A DNA stretch of 18,016 bases from an uncultured Anaerolineae bacterium (lineage in GTDB: Bacteria > Chloroflexota > Anaerolineae > VGOG01), in assembly GCA_964461615.1 (NCBI GenBank), contig CAYWWC010000056.1, positions 1 to 18,016 on the forward strand, written 5' to 3'. Each line of letters starts with the position of its first letter. Position 1 is the first letter of the stretch. The notes beneath the pieces were generated by a model. The model did no database searches. It was not told the DNA's origin and worked only from the letters and a program-made list of their open reading frames with translations. The position numbers were made by a program, and so were the translations under genes. Of this stretch, positions 1-9,375 are shown one piece after another.

Positions 1-124
1 GTTCTATCTGGACTTCGAGGGACACTGGCAAGACCCAGAATGTGAAAAAGCCCTGCTCGGCTTGCTGCGCAAAGCGGCTTTCGTCAAAATCTTGGGCTCT
101 TATCCCGCAGCAACGAGCGAGTGA
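1..124 (+). CDS. 3' end of an upstream gene (partial). Frame 2 reads ...[40 protein letters not shown] and ends at TGA 122-124. Product not recognised.
   Basis: Open frame running off the 5' edge and ending at TGA 122-124. A perfect hairpin follows immediately at 127-146. No family-specific motif recognised in the 40 residues. Confidence 0.35.
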   Translation, partial: FYLDFEGHWQDPECEKALLGLLRKAAFVKILGSYPAATSE

Positions 125-235
125 GCGGGGGCAACCACTTGCCCCCTCCCTCTGCCAGGGGGAGGGTTGGGGTGGGGGTGCGCTCTGGCTTGCCAAGACT
201 CACCCTCCCCCTGCCCCTCCCTCCCAGGGAGGGGA
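125..235 (+). repeat. Cluster of C-run/G-run palindromic hairpins in the leuC upstream spacer, including a canonical G-quadruplex motif.
   Basis: Seen directly:
- Hairpin A: GGGGGCAA(127-134), loop CCAC, TTGCCCCC(139-146).
- Hairpin B overlaps it: CCCTC(148-152) pairs with GAGGG(162-166).
- Four G-tracts at 158-178, GGGGG a GGG tt GGGG t GGGGG, fit the canonical G3+N1-7 quadruplex pattern.
- Third hairpin: CCCTCC cag GGAGGG at about 214-230. Confidence 0.5.
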
Positions 236-277
236 GAACACCTACGGCTCAAGACACATAGAGGAGTAGAAACTATC

Positions 278-1549
278 ATGGGCATGACAATGACTGAAAA
301 AATCATGGCGGCTCACGCGGGCGAGGAATGCGTGGAGCCAGGACAGTTCGTTGATGTTAGAGCAGACGTGGTGCTGGCCAACGACATCACTGCGCCCATC
401 GCCATTCGGGAGTTCGACCGCATCGGTGTTGAGGGGGTCTTCGATCGGGACAAAGTGCTACTGGTGCCCGATCACTTCGCTCCCAATAAAGACATCAAAT
501 CGGCAGAGCAATGCAAGGCGATGCGCGATTTCGTTCGGCGCCATGACTTAACCCACTACTTCGAAGTAGGCCGGGTGGGGATTGAGCACGTGCTCCTGCC
601 AGAGCAGGGACTGGTGCTGCCTGGCGACGTGGTCGTCGGGGCGGATTCTCACACCTGCACCTACGGCGCGTTGGCAGCTTTCGGCACCGGCATGGGGTCC
701 ACTGACATAGCCGTGGCTATGGCCACCGGCAAGATATGGATGAGAGTGCCCGAGACCATCAAGTTTGTCTACCACGGCCAGTTGCCGGAGTGGGTGGGCG
801 GCAAAGACCTCATCCTCCACACCATCGGGACCATCGGCGTAGACGGTGCCCGCTACCAAGCCCTGGAGTTCAGCGGCGAGGCCGTGGATAATCTCTCTAT
901 GGCTGGTCGCTTCACCATGTCCAACATGGCCATTGAAGCTGGGGGCAAAGCAGGGCTATTCGCCTTCGACGAGAAAACGCGGGCTTATGTCGAGCCTCGC
1001 GCCCGACGGCCCTACACCGTTTACGAAAGCGATGCAGATGCCCACTACACCCAGGTGATCGAGATGGACGTATCCAACCTGGAGCCTCAGGTGGCCTTCC
1101 CCCACCTGCCCAGTAACGCTCGCTCTTTGAGCCAGGTAGGCGAAGTGGCGATTGACCAGGCGGTGATCGGCTCCTGCACCAACGGACGACTAGAGGACTT
1201 GCAGCTTGCTGCCAAAGTGCTGAGGGGGCGAGAAGTGCACCCCTACGTGCGCTGCATCGTCATCCCTGGCACCCAGGCCATCTACCTGGAGGCCGTGCGT
1301 CAGGGTTTGGTCGAGGCTTTCGTCGAGGCGGGAGCGGTGGTGAGCACGCCCACCTGCGGCCCCTGCCTGGGCGGACACATGGGAGTGCTGGCTGCCGGAG
1401 AGCGCTGCGTCTCCACCACCAATCGAAATTTCGTGGGCCGCATGGGCCACCCGGAGAGCGAGGTATACTTGGCCAACCCAGCAGTGGCAGCAGCGTCGGC
1501 GGTGCTGGGGCGGATCGGCGGCCCGGCGGAGCTGGGGATCGGAGATTAG
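278..1549 (+). CDS. leuC: 3-isopropylmalate dehydratase large subunit, type-2/archaeal-like (about 424 aa). Possibly dual (2R,3S)-3-isopropylmalate/citramalate isomerase.
   Basis: The ORF track frame starts at 167. LeuC-like sequence begins at ATG 278 ([15 protein letters not shown]...), preceded by GAGGAG at 261-266. Aconitase-family motifs present: [27 protein letters not shown], Cys ligands [12 protein letters not shown]. Length is typical of the short LeuC type. Confidence 0.9.
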   Translation: MGMTMTEKIMAAHAGEECVEPGQFVDVRADVVLANDITAPIAIREFDRIGVEGVFDRDKVLLVPDHFAPNKDIKSAEQCKAMRDFVRRHDLTHYFEVGRVGIEHVLLPEQGLVLPGDVVVGADSHTCTYGALAAFGTGMGSTDIAVAMATGKIWMRVPETIKFVYHGQLPEWVGGKDLILHTIGTIGVDGARYQALEFSGEAVDNLSMAGRFTMSNMAIEAGGKAGLFAFDEKTRAYVEPRARRPYTVYESDADAHYTQVIEMDVSNLEPQVAFPHLPSNARSLSQVGEVAIDQAVIGSCTNGRLEDLQLAAKVLRGREVHPYVRCIVIPGTQAIYLEAVRQGLVEAFVEAGAVVSTPTCGPCLGGHMGVLAAGERCVSTTNRNFVGRMGHPESEVYLANPAVAAASAVLGRIGGPAELGIGD

Positions 1550-1553
1550 AGAT

Positions 1554-1585
1554 TGGATATTGGGAGTTGGAGATTCAATATCCAA
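1554..1585. promoter_or_regulatory. Perfect 10-bp inverted repeat TTGGATATTG-N12-CAATATCCAA in the AT-rich 70-nt leuC-leuD spacer, interleaved with GAGATT-type direct repeats (1541-1575).
   Basis: Seen directly: TTGGATATTG at 1554-1563 and CAATATCCAA at 1576-1585. GGAGATT/AGAGATT/GGAGATT occur at 1541, 1548 and 1569. Composition contrasts strongly with the GC-rich flanks. It is either an RNA hairpin or a dimeric protein-binding site; which one is not known. Confidence 0.4.
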
Positions 1586-1620
1586 TACCCAGTATCTAAT
1601 AACCAATTGAGGAGAACTAC

Positions 1621-2112
1621 ATGAAATTGACCGGCAAAGTATGGAAGTACGGAGCAAACGTGGACACGGACGCGATTATCGCAGCTCGCTATCTGAACGT
1701 TTCAACCCCAGAAGAGCTGGCGCTTCACTGTATGGAGGATGTTGATCCGGAGTTCGTTCAGAAGGTGCAGCCCGGCGACATCATCGTGGCCACCACCAAC
1801 TACGGCTGCGGCTCGTCGCGAGAGCACGCGCCGCTGGCCATCAAGGGAGCGGGGGTGAGCTGCGTCATCGCCAACACCTTCGCTCGCATTTTCTACCGCA
1901 ATGCCATCAACACCGGCTTGCCCATCCTGGAATGCCCAGCGGCAGGGGAAATCGAAGCGGGGCAAACCCTGGAAGTAGAACTAGAGACAGGGAGAATCCA
2001 CAATCTAGACACCGGCCAGACTTTCCATGCCGAACCCTATCCCGAGTTCATGATGGGCATCATCCAGGCCGGAGGATTGGTCGAATACACTCGAAAGGAG
2101 CTAGAGCTATAG
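1621..2112 (+). CDS. leuD: 3-isopropylmalate dehydratase small subunit.
   Basis: [25 protein letters not shown] is the classic LeuD N-terminus. GAGGAG at 1608-1613, 7 nt upstream of the ATG. 163 aa. Confidence 0.9.
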   Translation: MKLTGKVWKYGANVDTDAIIAARYLNVSTPEELALHCMEDVDPEFVQKVQPGDIIVATTNYGCGSSREHAPLAIKGAGVSCVIANTFARIFYRNAINTGLPILECPAAGEIEAGQTLEVELETGRIHNLDTGQTFHAEPYPEFMMGIIQAGGLVEYTRKELEL

Positions 2113-2114
2113 TT

Positions 2115-3182
2115 ATGCAAGCTAAAATCGCTGTTCTGCCAGGCGACGGCATCGGACCAGACGTAGCCGCCGAGGCAGTAAAGGTACTGAAACATGTGGG
2201 GGAAATTCACGGGCACACGTTCACGTTCGAGGAGGGTCTCATCGGTGGGGTGGCCATTGACGAAACCGGCAGCCCCCTACCCGACGAATCGCTGACCTTA
2301 TGCCAGGCCAGTGACGCCGTCCTCCTGGCCGCGGTGGGCGACCCAAAGTACGACGATCCTACGCTCAAAGTGCGTCCAGAGCAGGGATTGCTGGGTCTGC
2401 GCAAGGCACTGGGAGTTTTCGCCAACCTGCGCCCCATCAAGCTGTACAAGGAACTGCTCCATGCCTCGACCATCAAGCCTGAGGTGCTCGCCGATGTGGA
2501 TATGGTGGTGGTGCGCGAGCTCACAGGGGGCATCTACTTCGGCGAACGAGGCCGCAAGACGGTCAATGGCGCAGAGGCAGCCTATGATACGCTGCTCTAC
2601 TCCGTTCCGGAGGTCGAGCGGGTGGTGCGCCTGGCCTTTGATCTGGCACGCCAGCGGCGCAAGAAGGTGACGTCAGTGGACAAGGCCAACGTGCTGGAGA
2701 GCTCCCGCTTGTGGAATGAGACGGCCGAGCGCGTAGCTGGCGAGTATCCCGATGTGGAGTTCGACAGCATGTACGTGGACATCGCCGCCATGCGACTGGT
2801 GCGCTATCCCAGCGTATTTGATGTGATGGTTACAGGTAACATGTTCGGCGATATCCTCACCGACGAGGCATCTATGCTGGCCGGCTCGATGGGCATGCTG
2901 CCATCGGCCTCGCTGCGGGGTGATGCCTTCGGCCTGTACGAACCCATTCACGGTTCTGCACCCAAATACACCGGCCTGGACGTGGTCAATCCCATTGCCA
3001 CCATCCTCAGCGCCGCCATGTTACTCCGCTATTCACTGAAGCTGGAGAAAGAAGCCGCTGCCGTAGAGGCCGCCGTGGCCGCTGTGCTGAAACAGGGCTA
3101 CCGCACCAAGGACATCGCCGAAGAGGGAAAGAAGCTGGTCGGCACCCAGGAAATGGGAGATCTGATCGCTGATCAAATCTAG
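2115..3182 (+). CDS. leuB: 3-isopropylmalate dehydrogenase.
   Basis: Isocitrate/isopropylmalate dehydrogenase family: [17 protein letters not shown]..., [29 protein letters not shown]. True start is ATG 2115, 3 nt after the leuD stop; the upstream extension in the ORF track overlaps leuD. AGGAG lies at about 2096. Confidence 0.9.
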   Translation: MQAKIAVLPGDGIGPDVAAEAVKVLKHVGEIHGHTFTFEEGLIGGVAIDETGSPLPDESLTLCQASDAVLLAAVGDPKYDDPTLKVRPEQGLLGLRKALGVFANLRPIKLYKELLHASTIKPEVLADVDMVVVRELTGGIYFGERGRKTVNGAEAAYDTLLYSVPEVERVVRLAFDLARQRRKKVTSVDKANVLESSRLWNETAERVAGEYPDVEFDSMYVDIAAMRLVRYPSVFDVMVTGNMFGDILTDEASMLAGSMGMLPSASLRGDAFGLYEPIHGSAPKYTGLDVVNPIATILSAAMLLRYSLKLEKEAAAVEAAVAAVLKQGYRTKDIAEEGKKLVGTQEMGDLIADQI

Positions 3183-3184
3183 CC

Positions 3185-3234
3185 GTAGGGGGCGAGGTTT
3201 CCTCGCCCGTTGGGCAGGGAAACCCTGCCCCTAC
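3185..3234 (+). other. Intercistronic twin perfect stem-loops enclosed by a 7-bp outer stem. Possible partial terminator, attenuator or mRNA-stabilising element between leuB and ilvE.
   Basis: - Hairpin 1: GGCGAGG ttt CCTCGCC (3191-3207).
- Hairpin 2: GGGCAGGG aaa CCCTGCCC (3212-3230).
- Outer pairing: GTAGGGG (3185-3191) with CCCCTAC (3228-3234).
No U-run follows, so it is not a canonical intrinsic terminator. Confidence 0.4.
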
Positions 3235-3264
3235 TCAAATATCAAATCATAAGGAGCGCCATCA

Positions 3265-4185
3265 ATGCCTATTCCCAGATCCGAGAAAATCTGGTTCAAC
3301 GGTGAACTCGTGCCCTGGGATGAGGCCCAGGTGCACGTAACAGCTCATGCTCTGCATTACGGATCCAGCGCCTTCGAGGGTATCCGCTGCTACAGCACCC
3401 CTCAGGGGCCAGCCATCTTCCACCTGGATGCCCACGTTGAGCGCCTGTACAAGTCGTGCAAGATCTACCGCACGGAGATACCCTATTCGCCGGATCAACT
3501 GCGACAGGCCATCATTGACACTGTGCGGGTGAATCAGCACCAATCCTGCTACATCCGTCCCTTGGTTTTCCGTGGGGCTGCGACCTTGGGGCTTAAGCCA
3601 TACGACTGCCCGGTGGAGGTGGTCATCATCACCTTCGAGTGGGGGCGCTACCTGGGGCCGGAAGCTTTGGAACAGGGAGTTGATGTGTGCGTATCCTCCT
3701 GGGCCCGCATGGCGCCTAATACCTACCCATCTTCGGCGAAGATAGGAGGGCATTACACCAATTCGCAGCTCATTGTCATGGAGGCATTGGAGAATGGCTA
3801 CACTGAGGGCATCGCTCTGGACGTGAATGGCTACGTGAGCGAAGGCCCTGGAGAGAACATCTTCTTGGTGGATAAGGAGGTCGTCCGCACGCCGCCGCTG
3901 GCCTCGTCTATCTTGGGTGGGATCACGCGAGATTGCACCATGACCCTGGCCCGCGACCTGGGATACGAGGTGCGGGAGGAGTTGATTCCCCGCGAGGCTC
4001 TTTATACCGCCGATGAGGTCTTCTTCACCGGCACGGCGGCTGAGATCACTCCCATCCGCTCCATTGACCGTATCACGATCGGCACGGGCCGTCGAGGCCC
4101 TGTCACCGAGCGCATCCAAAGCGAGTTCATGGGCATCACTTCCGGCCAAGTGGCGGATCGGTACAATTGGCTCACTCCAGTCTAG
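3265..4185 (+). CDS. ilvE: Branched-chain amino-acid aminotransferase (fold-type IV, short form).
   Basis: [25 protein letters not shown]...[12 protein letters not shown] and [18 protein letters not shown] are class-IV aminotransferase motifs. AAGGAG lies upstream at about 3251. 306 aa. Confidence 0.85.
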   Translation: MPIPRSEKIWFNGELVPWDEAQVHVTAHALHYGSSAFEGIRCYSTPQGPAIFHLDAHVERLYKSCKIYRTEIPYSPDQLRQAIIDTVRVNQHQSCYIRPLVFRGAATLGLKPYDCPVEVVIITFEWGRYLGPEALEQGVDVCVSSWARMAPNTYPSSAKIGGHYTNSQLIVMEALENGYTEGIALDVNGYVSEGPGENIFLVDKEVVRTPPLASSILGGITRDCTMTLARDLGYEVREELIPREALYTADEVFFTGTAAEITPIRSIDRITIGTGRRGPVTERIQSEFMGITSGQVADRYNWLTPV

Positions 4186-4196
4186 GGGAAACTATA

Positions 4197-5780
<1,584 letters not shown>

Positions 5781-5793
5781 GACTCGCTGAGGG

Positions 5794-6816
5794 TTATTCG
5801 GGGCAACTCACCTCCCACTTGGTCACGTCCTTTACCTTTCCGGTGGATTTCCTGGTGAGGCTACAGACATCTTCGACAAGCTGGCCGTCAGCAATCACTC
5901 TCACGTTCACCTGAGTACCGCTGTCCTTCTCCTGCACAGAAACAATGTCTTTTACACGCCAATCCTCGTAATAAGCGAGGACAGCAGCCTCAGGATGGGC
6001 AACGGGATATTGCTTCTGCTTGGGCTGCTTTGCTCCCTCAGGTCGCCCAAAAACGAAATCTATGCTTTCGGATCTCTTCTCTAGTTTCGTTTGGCTGGCA
6101 TCCCATTCGTAAACGACGCGGCGGCCGAGCTGGCTGCGGAGGTACCAATATGGGTGATACAGCCTGCTTCTGACGATGGCCATCTTTATGGGCCCCTGGC
6201 CGAAGGCAGGTTCCAGCTCGATTCCGGCATCGCCCCAGAGCATGTCCGCATCCCCTCCCTCTGCATGGAACATGGCCTCGTAGCCTCTCTTCTTGTCCAC
6301 CCAACGAAACAGGGCCAAGCTGGTAGCGAAGCCGGGAAAAGAGTAGCCCAGGATCACCAACTCACTTTCGCCATCACCATTGACATCGTACGCTTCTACC
6401 CTGGGCCAGGGCTTGCCCTCGCCACCCACGTTTTCCCCCAGATAGCCCCTTCCGCCCGCCGCCGGCAGAAGGTGATAAGCCACAAGGATGGCCGACCGGT
6501 ACGGCTCCAGCGTGGCGAAGTCTTCAGGCGACCTATCGGGCTGGCGGTCGTAAACTACGCCCCCGAGACGGCCACCGAAGCCCCCGGGGGATTTATCATA
6601 GCGGTAGATGACTAGCCACTCGACTTCGTTGTCTCCGTCAACGTCTACTTCCTCCACTTTCTCGATGGTCCAGGCATCGGGAATGAGATGGCTGAAGTCT
6701 GGTCTGCCAGTTTCCGGCGTCGCTCTTCCTAGCACATCGCTAAAGCTACAACCACCAACACTGAGCAGCCCCAACATCACCGCCAGGAGAACCGCTTTTC
6801 TGATGGCTGATATCAT
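5794..6816 (-). CDS. Putative lipoprotein with FG-GAP/VCBS-like calcium-binding repeats. Function unknown.
   Basis: Signal peptide with Cys (MISAIRKAVLLAVMLGLLSVGGCS). Repeats DVDGDNEVEW and DVNGDGESEL resemble FG-GAP beta-propeller repeats. AAGGAGGGG RBS sits 5 nt upstream on the minus strand. Lies 37 nt downstream of lon, so likely co-transcribed. Confidence 0.6.
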   Translation of the reverse strand: MISAIRKAVLLAVMLGLLSVGGCSFSDVLGRATPETGRPDFSHLIPDAWTIEKVEEVDVDGDNEVEWLVIYRYDKSPGGFGGRLGGVVYDRQPDRSPEDFATLEPYRSAILVAYHLLPAAGGRGYLGENVGGEGKPWPRVEAYDVNGDGESELVILGYSFPGFATSLALFRWVDKKRGYEAMFHAEGGDADMLWGDAGIELEPAFGQGPIKMAIVRSRLYHPYWYLRSQLGRRVVYEWDASQTKLEKRSESIDFVFGRPEGAKQPKQKQYPVAHPEAAVLAYYEDWRVKDIVSVQEKDSGTQVNVRVIADGQLVEDVCSLTRKSTGKVKDVTKWEVSCPE

Positions 6817-6853
6817 TGTTCCCCTCCTTCGCCTTCAAGACATCCCTCGATCG

Positions 6854-9304
6854 CTAGGCCCCCTTGCCCTGGGCCGGTACCGGCAGCAGGGCTGTCTCCA
6901 ACACTTCCCCCATCCGCTCCACGAAGATGAACTCCAGGTCCCGCTTGACCTTGTTGGGAATTTCGATCATGTCCTTTTTGTTTCTCTTCGGCAGGATGAC
7001 GATCTTCAGGCCGGCCCGGTGGGCGGACAGCACCTTCTCCTTGAGGCCACCGATGGGCAGCACTCGACCCCGCAGGGTGATCTCGCCGGTCATGCCCACG
7101 TCGTGGCGGACGGGGCGACTGGCCAGGGCCGAGATGAGGGCGGTGGACATGGTTATGCCCGCTGAGGGGCCGTCCTTGGGAATAGCCCCCTCCGGCACGT
7201 GGATGTGGATGTCCAGCTTGTCGAAGTTTCGCTCCTTGATACCCAGCTCTTTAGCGTGAGAACGAGCATAAGAGAGGGCCGCCTGGGCCGATTCCTGCAT
7301 CACCTCGCCCAACTGGCCTGTAAGCATGAGGCTGCCCTTACCCTCCATCAAGGTCACTTCCACGGGCATGATGTCTCCCCCAGCCTCTGTCCAGGCGATG
7401 CCCATGGCTACCCCGATTTCGTCCTCCTTCTCGGCCAGACCGTAGGTGAACTGCGGCGGCCCCAGGTACTTGAGCAACGACTGGGTAGTGATGCGATGAG
7501 GAGCTTGCTTGCCATCAGCCACTCGTCGGGCCACCTTGCGACAGACGTTGGCGATCTCTCGCTCCAGGTTGCGCACTCCGGCCTCGTAAGTGTACTCACG
7601 GATGATGTGGCGCAGAGCCTCGTCGGAGAAGTGGAGCTTTGCATTATTATCCAGGCCATTTTCCGTCAACTGCCGGGGGACGAGAAACCGCCTGGCGATC
7701 GCCAGCTTCTCCTCTTCGATGTAGCCGGGGAACTCAATGACCTCCATGCGGTCGCGCAGGGCTGGCGGCACAGGATCGAGGATGTTGGCCGTGGTGATGA
7801 ACATCACCTTCGATAGGTCGTAGGACACGTCCAGGTAGTGATCGGAGAAAGCGTGGTTCTGTTCAGGGTCCAACACCTCCAGCAGTGCGGCCGAAGGATC
7901 GCCTCGGAAGTCAATGCCCAGCTTGTCTATCTCGTCCAGCATGAACAGGGGATTGGTGGTCTCGGCGCGGCGCATGGTCTGGATGATACGGCCCGGCATT
8001 GACCCAACGTAAGTGCGGCGGTGGCCCCGGATCTCGGCCTCGTCGCGGACGCCGCCCAGGCTCACCCGCACGAACTTCCTCCCCAATGCCTCGGCGATAG
8101 CTTTGCCGAGGGAGGTCTTGCCCGTCCCCGGCGGCCCCACGAAGCACAGGATGGGACTGCGCATCTTGTCGGCGGCCAGCTTGCGGACGGCCATGTATTC
8201 CAGGATGCGCTCCTTGGCCTTGGCCAGCCCATAGTGACTGTCGTCCAACACCGTGGCCGCGACCGCAATGCCTATGTTGTCCTCGGTGGCATTGCTCCAC
8301 GGCAACTCGATCAGCCAGTCGAGGTAGGTGCGGATGACGCTCACCTCAGGAGAGGCGATAGGCATGGAAGAGAGCCGGCCCAACTCCTTCTCCGCCTTCT
8401 CCCGCACCTCCTCCGGCATCTCGGCGGCTGCGATCTTTTCCTTCAGTTCGCTGACCTCCTGGAACTGGCCATCAATCTCGCCTAGCTCGGTCTGGATGGC
8501 CTTCATCTGTTGCCGCAGGAAATACTCGCGCTGAGATTTATCAACCTCTTCCTGCACCTGGGCGTGGATGCGATCCTCCAGCTCCAGGACGTCTAGCTCC
8601 TGGGCCAGAAGGATGCTCAATCTTTGCAGGCGCATAGCCGGCTGAATGGTCTCCAGCACCTCCTGGCGCTTTTCGATGTCTATGTTGAGAGCAGAGGCCA
8701 CCAGGTCTGCCAGCCAACCTGGCTCGTCAATGTTCATGGCAATCACAAAAGCATCCTCAGGGAGATTGCGGTCCAATTGCACACACTTTTCAAACAGGGC
8801 CAGCACTGCGCGCATCAGTGCTTGGGAGGAGAGGGTTTTCTCGCTGGGTTCCACTATCTCCCTGACCCTTACTTTGATATAAGGGTCAATGTGCACGAAA
8901 TCGAGGATTTCAACCCTTCGCGTTCCCCGCCCCCAGATATTGGTTGTGCCATCGGGCAGGTGCCACATGCGAGCGATGGTCATCTCGGTGCCGACGGTGT
9001 AGATGTCATCGGAGGTTGGCTCTTCTAACTCGTCATCCCTTTGGGCCGCGACGATGATAATGCCTTCAGTAGCCATTGCCGCCTCCACAGCCTTCAGCGA
9101 GCGGTCGCGGCCCACGAAGAGGGGAGTGACCATGTGGGGGAAGATGACTGTATCGCGTAGGGGAAGCAAGGGATACTCGCCAATCTTGTTAGTTAGTTCA
9201 AGAAACTCGGCTCCCAAACCGTTGGGAGTTCCTTCGGCCCGCCGGCCACTGACGGCCAGGAAGCCTCCTTCTTCGAGAAGTTTGTCCATATCGTTATCTG
9301 GCAT
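6854..9304 (-). CDS. lon: ATP-dependent Lon protease (LonA).
   Basis: Lon N-domain ([23 protein letters not shown]), AAA+ Walker [10 protein letters not shown], Walker B FMLDEID, protease catalytic Ser in DGPSAGITM and Lys in [11 protein letters not shown]. 816 aa. The ATG immediately follows an in-frame stop. The N-terminus is about 35 aa longer than E. coli Lon. Confidence 0.9.
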   Translation of the reverse strand: MPDNDMDKLLEEGGFLAVSGRRAEGTPNGLGAEFLELTNKIGEYPLLPLRDTVIFPHMVTPLFVGRDRSLKAVEAAMATEGIIIVAAQRDDELEEPTSDDIYTVGTEMTIARMWHLPDGTTNIWGRGTRRVEILDFVHIDPYIKVRVREIVEPSEKTLSSQALMRAVLALFEKCVQLDRNLPEDAFVIAMNIDEPGWLADLVASALNIDIEKRQEVLETIQPAMRLQRLSILLAQELDVLELEDRIHAQVQEEVDKSQREYFLRQQMKAIQTELGEIDGQFQEVSELKEKIAAAEMPEEVREKAEKELGRLSSMPIASPEVSVIRTYLDWLIELPWSNATEDNIGIAVAATVLDDSHYGLAKAKERILEYMAVRKLAADKMRSPILCFVGPPGTGKTSLGKAIAEALGRKFVRVSLGGVRDEAEIRGHRRTYVGSMPGRIIQTMRRAETTNPLFMLDEIDKLGIDFRGDPSAALLEVLDPEQNHAFSDHYLDVSYDLSKVMFITTANILDPVPPALRDRMEVIEFPGYIEEEKLAIARRFLVPRQLTENGLDNNAKLHFSDEALRHIIREYTYEAGVRNLEREIANVCRKVARRVADGKQAPHRITTQSLLKYLGPPQFTYGLAEKEDEIGVAMGIAWTEAGGDIMPVEVTLMEGKGSLMLTGQLGEVMQESAQAALSYARSHAKELGIKERNFDKLDIHIHVPEGAIPKDGPSAGITMSTALISALASRPVRHDVGMTGEITLRGRVLPIGGLKEKVLSAHRAGLKIVILPKRNKKDMIEIPNKVKRDLEFIFVERMGEVLETALLPVPAQGKGA

Positions 9305-9375
9305 CTAGGTTATGCGCCTCCATATTTTGGTCTGGTGGTTCTTGGTCAGTTGGTCGCGGGAAGCCTCCACGTCAT

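Noticed and set aside
125-235. T-box riboswitch or leucine-rich leader-peptide attenuator upstream of leuC.
   Set aside because: No T-box consensus (AATTAGGGTGGNACCGCG) is present, nor a specifier-loop arrangement. No short ORF with consecutive Leu codons was found. The structures present are plain GC palindromes and a G4 motif.
167-277. 5' extension of the leuC frame from ATG 167.
   Set aside because: LeuC-like sequence and the GAGGAG RBS begin at 278. The extension encodes G/P/C-rich low-complexity sequence from the repeat region.
42-306. ORFs 42..269 (+) and 100..306 (-) spanning the leuC upstream spacer.
   Set aside because: They lie across the GC-palindrome and G-tract region and translate into low-complexity P/G/W-rich peptides with no RBS. 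The first overlaps the upstream gene's C-terminus in another frame. They are artefacts of GC-rich repeats.
1932-2114. 5' extension of the leuB frame (416-aa version).
   Set aside because: It overlaps leuD in a different frame. The canonical IPMDH N-terminus [14 protein letters not shown] starts at 2115, right after the leuD stop.
3262-4149. 295-aa antisense ORF opposite ilvE. Similar antisense ORFs lie opposite lon (7199..7816, 8021..8485, 8624..9028), the GH99-like gene (9478..9801, 10510..10890), the GT2 genes (15396..15779, 16488..17147) and the HNH gene (17422..17901).
   Set aside because: All are shadows of well-supported genes on the opposite strand. They have Arg/Gly/Pro-rich composition typical of GC-rich antisense frames and no start signals.
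9305-9375. CIRCE/HrcA operator or sigma-32 heat-shock promoter upstream of lon.
   Set aside because: There is no TTAGCACTC-N9-GAGTGCTAA element and no convincing CTTGAAA-N-CCCCATNT match. Only the GTGGTTCTTGGT direct repeat was seen, reported above as a low-level observation.
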